The notes beneath the pieces were generated by a model that was not told the origin of the DNA, did not search any database, and saw only the letters and a list, made by a program, of their open reading frames with translations. Shown here piece after piece: positions 59,346 to 64,000 of a stretch of 64,000 nucleotides of DNA (the stretch's first letter is position 1; the number at the start of each line of letters is the position of its first letter). Position numbers and translations under genes: made by a program. Source of the DNA: a virus; the IMG/VR virus record IMGVR_UViG_3300030102_003270, positions 1 to 64,000 of that record; one strand, 5' to 3'.

Positions 59346-59670
59346 TTTTATTCACCTTAAATTCTATTGTTGCTGATTCTAATTCTTCTTTCACTATCTT
59401 TGCTATCTCTTGAGTCATTGTGTCTTGAACTAACTTTTGAAAGAACTGACCGAATGGCATTCCATCAAGTTGATTCGGAAGCCAAATCTCCACGTTCCAA
59501 ATCAAATCCAACTTTTCCTGTGCATTCAAATCAGAATAGCACATATCCATCAATCCATCTACTACTTCTGCTATACTCGTTATCTCTTGGAATGTCCAAG
59601 TCTTTCCTCTCAATTGTTCTTTTACCTTATCTTTCAACATATTATCACCACATCTCAGATTGTGCAGCAT
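59260..59670 (-). CDS. Hypothetical protein (probable start at ATG 59640)
   Basis: Sits in the replication operon; GGTGA precedes MLKDKV. Confidence 0.6.
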   Translation of the reverse strand: MLHNLRCGDNMLKDKVKEQLRGKTWTFQEITSIAEVVDGLMDMCYSDLNAQEKLDLIWNVEIWLPNQLDGMPFGQFFQKLVQDTMTQEIAKIVKEELESATIEFKVNKNEVSEGSVGGKSHKKRSTDEESKDKQQE

Positions 59671-60523
59671 CGCATATTGGCATGAAACTACAATGTTGGC
59701 AGGTCTTGAAATAATACTTAGTGGGAAATTCTTCTCCTACCCTGCATTTATTCTCATACGCCTTTATCAATAGAGTAATGCCTCTCATGACTGCATTGAT
59801 GCTAGTTTGCTTTACGGGTTCAGTCTCAATGTAATTTGAAACAGGGTAATACCAACCCCAATGGGTTATCGGTATTTCTCTATCTATACCTGCTTCTACT
59901 AACATTTCATCTGTGGCGTTGTCTACAAGCAATTTGTAGAACGATAATTCCTGTCTCATTGTTGTTCTCTTGTAGTCTTTCCACGGCCCTGTTTTCAATT
60001 CAATAGGTATGTATGCATTATCCTCTATGAACATCCTATCTATGATACCTTGGAGATGAACGGTATAGTCCCTCTCTAATACGCACTTGGGATTCAAGTC
60101 CTGCGGGATGAACAATTCTGCATCTAACTTAACTTCATTTATCACAGGCAAGTAACTATGCAGTTTGTTTGCTTGCTTGGCTTCAATGAACCTGTTTGCC
60201 TCAAAGACTGATATGTTCCTGTATATGTCGGTGTAGCCATCAATAGGATGCAACCCCATATTATATTCTATCAATTCATCATTTGACATATTCTCAGCCT
60301 TCTTAACATCAAAGACTTCAAAGAAATCCTCTCTACTATTGTGAACCGCAGTGCCTTTTATCATGGCCTCGCTGGTATCTTGTGGTAGTCTGTCAATATA
60401 CGAAAACTCGTATTTCTTAGGACACCACTTAAATGAACCATACGAAGATTTTGTTATCTTCAAAGTAGGTTCGTCGTCTTCTACATTCCATTGGTATGTG
60501 TATTCTCTCATTATTACCACCAT
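59645..60523 (-). CDS. Cas4-like PD-(D/E)XK nuclease
   Basis: WCPKKY, GTAVH, GIIDR, IELKTG, Q...Y and C-terminal CQHC...C Fe-S ligands. Confidence 0.85.
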   Translation of the reverse strand: MVVIMREYTYQWNVEDDEPTLKITKSSYGSFKWCPKKYEFSYIDRLPQDTSEAMIKGTAVHNSREDFFEVFDVKKAENMSNDELIEYNMGLHPIDGYTDIYRNISVFEANRFIEAKQANKLHSYLPVINEVKLDAELFIPQDLNPKCVLERDYTVHLQGIIDRMFIEDNAYIPIELKTGPWKDYKRTTMRQELSFYKLLVDNATDEMLVEAGIDREIPITHWGWYYPVSNYIETEPVKQTSINAVMRGITLLIKAYENKCRVGEEFPTKYYFKTCQHCSFMPICDAAQSEMW

Positions 60524-61431
60524 TCATCTAACGTCTTTTGTTTTGAGTCATTTTTTATTGGGGCTAGACTCCAACCCATTGCCTTGTATATTGGTTCAGC
60601 CTTCTTTATAATAGATTCTGCATAATGGGGCCAATCTGGTGTATGTCTATACAATTCTTCCTTTGTAGAAGCAGCGATATAGGACGGTCTTTTGACTACG
60701 CCTGTAACCGGATTAACGTAGGTTGTTCTCCTAACGTCATCTGCTACCTTTAGATAAACATAAGAATCATCTATCTTATTGTCTTCATTCTGATGATTCC
60801 AGATAACACCTTCAATGCCAGAACCTATACTTGGCCTTTTACCAGAAGTTGTGACCACATTCAATTTTTGACCGCACTTACTACAACATGCCTCATGACT
60901 GTCTCGCTTTGCTTCATTGTGAATATCAATGCAATCTTGCATTGAAAGTGCTTTTTTGCAGTCATTACACTTGTAAGATAGCCTTTCTGGTCTATATCTG
61001 CTTCTGTTAATCAGATAGTCAACTGGGACTTTTCCTTCAAGGACTGCGTAATATGCCTTCTTCAACATGCTAGTTATTTCTAACTCGGTGAATTGACCAA
61101 CCCACATTTTCAGAATGCTCATCTGAGTCTCCTTGGCTAGTTTGGTTATTGATAACCGCTTTGCAGTAAAACCCGTCATTACAAATTCTGGCTCATTCAG
61201 ATACTTTCCATCCTTCCAAGAAATCAAACCAGCGTTTCTATTCTTAGTTAGACCTACACCTAGAGACTGATAGTATTTCTCAAACTCCAAAGTAACAGGA
61301 TGTTCATCCAAACCTAACAAGTTAGGAAATATCTGCCTAACATGATTGTTTAGTAATTGTAACGTTGCTTCTGCTTCTTCCATAGGCATTTGAACGTATA
61401 TTGAATCAGTGTGTCCATAAACAACCTTCAC
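60514..61431 (-). CDS. polB: Family B DNA polymerase, C-terminal part
   Basis: Starts at the motif C variant YGHTDS; LEFEK...KNRNAG; contains a Cys-rich insertion. Confidence 0.9.
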   Translation of the reverse strand: MKVVYGHTDSIYVQMPMEEAEATLQLLNNHVRQIFPNLLGLDEHPVTLEFEKYYQSLGVGLTKNRNAGLISWKDGKYLNEPEFVMTGFTAKRLSITKLAKETQMSILKMWVGQFTELEITSMLKKAYYAVLEGKVPVDYLINRSRYRPERLSYKCNDCKKALSMQDCIDIHNEAKRDSHEACCSKCGQKLNVVTTSGKRPSIGSGIEGVIWNHQNEDNKIDDSYVYLKVADDVRRTTYVNPVTGVVKRPSYIAASTKEELYRHTPDWPHYAESIIKKAEPIYKAMGWSLAPIKNDSKQKTLDEWW

Positions 61432-61514
61432 TTACAATCACCACACCTATACCTTCTATCTAGACCAAAAGGGTGTATAGCACCACACCATCTACATTGT
61501 CTTCTGTTCTTCAT
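61428..61514 (-). CDS. 28-aa Zn-ribbon micro-protein between the polB halves
   Basis: MKNRRQCRWCGAIHPFGLDRRYRCGDCK*; GTGA overlap with polB-C; AGGAG upstream. Confidence 0.65.
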   Translation of the reverse strand: MKNRRQCRWCGAIHPFGLDRRYRCGDCK

Positions 61515-61516
61515 AT

Positions 61517-61615
61517 CTAGCACACTCCTACGATAATAGAATTCAATACAAACGCAATCGTGCCGGATATATAGAAACTCATTCTTCCATAAAATATCTT
61601 ATCTTCCCTATTCAT
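61517..61615 (-). CDS. 32-aa hydrophobic micro-protein
   Basis: MNREDKIFYGRMSFYISGTIAFVLNSIIVGVC*; GGTGA RBS. Confidence 0.55.
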   Translation of the reverse strand: MNREDKIFYGRMSFYISGTIAFVLNSIIVGVC

Positions 61616-61616
61616 T

Positions 61617-61703
61617 CTAATCACCAAACAGAAAGCGATACAGGATAACGCTCATAGCGGAAACATACAATACAATTATACTGAAACTGACGACATTCAT
61701 CAT
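61617..61703 (-). CDS. 28-aa hydrophobic micro-protein
   Basis: MMNVVSFSIIVLYVSAMSVILYRFLFGD*; ATGA overlap with the polB-N stop. Confidence 0.55.
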   Translation of the reverse strand: MMNVVSFSIIVLYVSAMSVILYRFLFGD

Positions 61704-63370
61704 AACTCCATCACCTTGAAAGCCGCTTCCCTAATTGCTTCTCTAGCACTAGCAGTTATACTAGCAGCCAAATCAACATCAGCCCAACCAAATCCTTGAT
61801 ACCCAACCACTCCATAGAATGAAGCCATCAGTCTCTTAACTGCTAATTGGTTGTTGTTCCACTTAGCATATTCAGCAGGGTCTTTTGCGTTATACATTCT
61901 CTTCTTGTATTCCGTCCTTAGTTTCTTTAGGTCTAATACTGCCTTTGGCAGAAGACCCAATTCATCCGTCCTGTAATATTTCCAGTCTTCAAACTTGACA
62001 GGACTGAAATCTCTTGGTATCAGGACGTTCACACCAAACTCAGTTGGTTCCTTTGATTTAGTCTCCCATGATATATTACGGGCAATCATCATACTAGGAT
62101 ATAGCCCTGCAAAATCAAATGCAGCAACACCTAGATGCAAACCATTGGTTCCTTCTGTCTCCGGGTTGTAAATCATAGCACCCTCATACTCCACCCTGTC
62201 ACCTTCTTTGTCTCCTGTTGGAGCCTTCCAAGTAGCATTACGCATGAAGTATATTCCACCCATGTTTGATGCATAGAAACATGCATCGAATGGTGCAACA
62301 ATCAAACGCTGAAGTGATATGATTGCCTCAGAAGTATAGTTTTCTTCATCCAATCTAACAATCAAGTCAACGTCCTTTCTAGCATAGTCTAGATAGTTTT
62401 GAGTATCTTCTAACCATCCTCTTTGAAAGAACTGATTCTTGTCTGGAAACCTATCACTGACTAGTTTCTTCTCACCAAGGACATTCTCAGAAACATAGTC
62501 CAATGCCAATGAGGGTAATGTTCCCCTTTGAGCATCATTCCATTGTCTCTCAAACGCCAAGTCTAGATTCAGAATCAACCTTCCTCTAATCGGTTGCTCG
62601 ATAGGAGTATAGGAATTGACTGCCTTACTGAGTTTTATGCCACCAGAATAATACACTCCCTTGACATCATTGTAAGGAGATAGAAGTCTTGGGTCTATAT
62701 CATTGGCATGTAATCTCTCAATTAACTTAGGCAAATCGAACTTTGAACCAAACCAAGCAATAAGCATGTCTGGGTCTTTTTCCGTAATCTCCTTGACGAA
62801 TGCAAAAAGCATACTCTTCTCAGAATCATAGGGCTTTGAATGTCCTCTAATCTTTCTATTGATTGAATCTGGTTGCCACCAATATACATTAGATTTCTTA
62901 GTATAGTTGTCATAATAGGAAATACAAGTAATAGCACCGTTATACTTACCACGCTGTTGCCACTCTAAATCCCAGTAAAACTTCCTAAGTCTGTATTCTG
63001 GCAGTGATGTTAATCTGTCAATTGCATACCGATAATGAAAGGGAACGTCTGCCTCAAAGGTTTCATTCCATTGCTTACGCAGTTCCCTAACGTAGTTTGG
63101 TTTTGGTGGACTCCAAGTAACTTTCTTCAAAGCCCTACCATCAAGAGATACAGAACCATCAACAGTATAACTTAGATTGATTCTAAACGAATCCTTCCTA
63201 CCATTGACGTATTCTGTAATGTTGACTCCTTGCCTTTCATTCTCATTTGCCAGAATGTAGAAATACGGATTGAAATCCGCATAACTTACATTCGACTCTA
63301 ATCTATTGTTGTTCTCATCTCTCCATCTAAGAACAAACATATTCGCATTGTCTATTGCACTAATTATCAT
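61700..63370 (-). CDS. polB: Family B DNA polymerase, N-terminal part (exonuclease plus motifs A and B)
   Basis: Exo motifs WDLE, FDLP and Y...D; motif A DFAGLYPS; motif B variant KRLMASFYG. Confidence 0.92.
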   Translation of the reverse strand: MIISAIDNANMFVLRWRDENNNRLESNVSYADFNPYFYILANENERQGVNITEYVNGRKDSFRINLSYTVDGSVSLDGRALKKVTWSPPKPNYVRELRKQWNETFEADVPFHYRYAIDRLTSLPEYRLRKFYWDLEWQQRGKYNGAITCISYYDNYTKKSNVYWWQPDSINRKIRGHSKPYDSEKSMLFAFVKEITEKDPDMLIAWFGSKFDLPKLIERLHANDIDPRLLSPYNDVKGVYYSGGIKLSKAVNSYTPIEQPIRGRLILNLDLAFERQWNDAQRGTLPSLALDYVSENVLGEKKLVSDRFPDKNQFFQRGWLEDTQNYLDYARKDVDLIVRLDEENYTSEAIISLQRLIVAPFDACFYASNMGGIYFMRNATWKAPTGDKEGDRVEYEGAMIYNPETEGTNGLHLGVAAFDFAGLYPSMMIARNISWETKSKEPTEFGVNVLIPRDFSPVKFEDWKYYRTDELGLLPKAVLDLKKLRTEYKKRMYNAKDPAEYAKWNNNQLAVKRLMASFYGVVGYQGFGWADVDLAASITASAREAIREAAFKVMEL

Positions 63371-63374
63371 TGAA

Positions 63375-63998
63375 TCATCCTCTAATATAGGGTGCTACTA
63401 TTAATTTTCTATCTACACCACACAATAGTATGGGTGCATCGTCTTTCATATACAGATACATAGTACCGGAACAGAACTTGTCTAGTGGTGCAGATACCTC
63501 AAGTGTGGAGTTTTCTCCTTCTCCTAGAATGATTGGTATGTTCACTTTATACTTCTCAGTCTGATGGAAGTTCACAGAAGAGGCAGTCAACTCACCATCC
63601 TCAAAGTTAATCCTGTAAGTAGCAGTTCCTACAATACCACAGTTCTTGATAGCATTGGCTAAAGCATCTCCTTGCACTGTTACTTTTGTCTCAAAGGTAG
63701 TCCTACCAAACGTAGGAAACTCATCTCCTTCTACATCCACTCTCATGCCAAATATTCTACTAATAGCAGCCATACCAGAATGCTCTACAAGCAATGGTAT
63801 CTGCGCTCTTTGTGACGAAGTTTTCAAGATAACGTTTGACGCTGTAATAGTAATATACATATCATCGTCCTTGAAGGTCTTCAGATACTTCAATATCCTC
63901 TCAACCTCAAAAATGAACATAGACTGCTCACTCTTTGTCACTATGTCAGTAATACCAACATTGCACATTGCTGCCATAGTATCGCTGGCATTAGCCAA
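63375..63998 (-). CDS. pcna: PCNA-like sliding clamp, probably truncated by the window end
   Basis: Adjacent to polB; two-domain alternating beta/alpha pattern ending D.PI...LIVAP; the frame is open to the window edge. Confidence 0.7.
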   Translation of the reverse strand: MANASDTMAAMCNVGITDIVTKSEQSMFIFEVERILKYLKTFKDDDMYITITASNVILKTSSQRAQIPLLVEHSGMAAISRIFGMRVDVEGDEFPTFGRTTFETKVTVQGDALANAIKNCGIVGTATYRINFEDGELTASSVNFHQTEKYKVNIPIILGEGENSTLEVSAPLDKFCSGTMYLYMKDDAPILLCGVDRKLIVAPYIRG

Positions 63999-64000
63999 GG

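Noticed and set aside
59645-60523. Cas4-like gene as evidence of a CRISPR system
   Set aside because: No repeat-spacer array or other cas genes were seen; solo Cas4-like nucleases are common in archaeal virus replication modules
61432-61699. polB pseudogene or assembly error
   Set aside because: Both halves retain catalytic residues and have their own starts, and the gap is tiled by coupled micro-ORFs
1-64000. tRNA or rRNA genes
   Set aside because: Intergenic gaps are short and no cloverleaf or T-loop signature was seen by eye; tRNAscan-SE would be needed to exclude them

Overview
This window is about 64 kb of a head-tailed (Caudoviricetes, siphovirus-like) archaeal virus genome. Gene content and archaeal GGAGG/GAGGTGA ribosome-binding sites fit a Marine Group II Euryarchaeota (Poseidoniales) virus ('magrovirus'); that assignment is inferred, not searched. 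The + strand (1-54817) is one morphogenesis block: putative small terminase, large terminase, a LAGLIDADG-domain protein, portal, ATP-dependent DNA ligase, prohead protease/scaffold, HK97-type major capsid protein, a membrane-protein/small-GTPase cluster, neck, tail tube, a -1 frameshifting tail chaperone, tape measure, tail tip and a long fibre. The - strand (54936-64000) is an archaeal-type replication block: PCNA, split PolB, Cas4-like nuclease, fused primase, ERCC4 nuclease, MCM-like ATPase and a DEDD exonuclease. Two candidate undescribed systems stand out. (1) About ten otherwise unrelated head-region proteins, three of them too short for the ORF track, share an N-terminal M-(x)-W-x-x-[ILV]-[ILV]-K tag. 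The tag resembles the scaffold's C-terminal helix, suggesting a capsid cargo-addressing and cleavage system. (2) A five-gene module of an Arf/Sar-like GTPase with membrane proteins may serve membrane remodelling or egress. No tRNA, rRNA or CRISPR array was seen. All calls come from reading motifs by eye.
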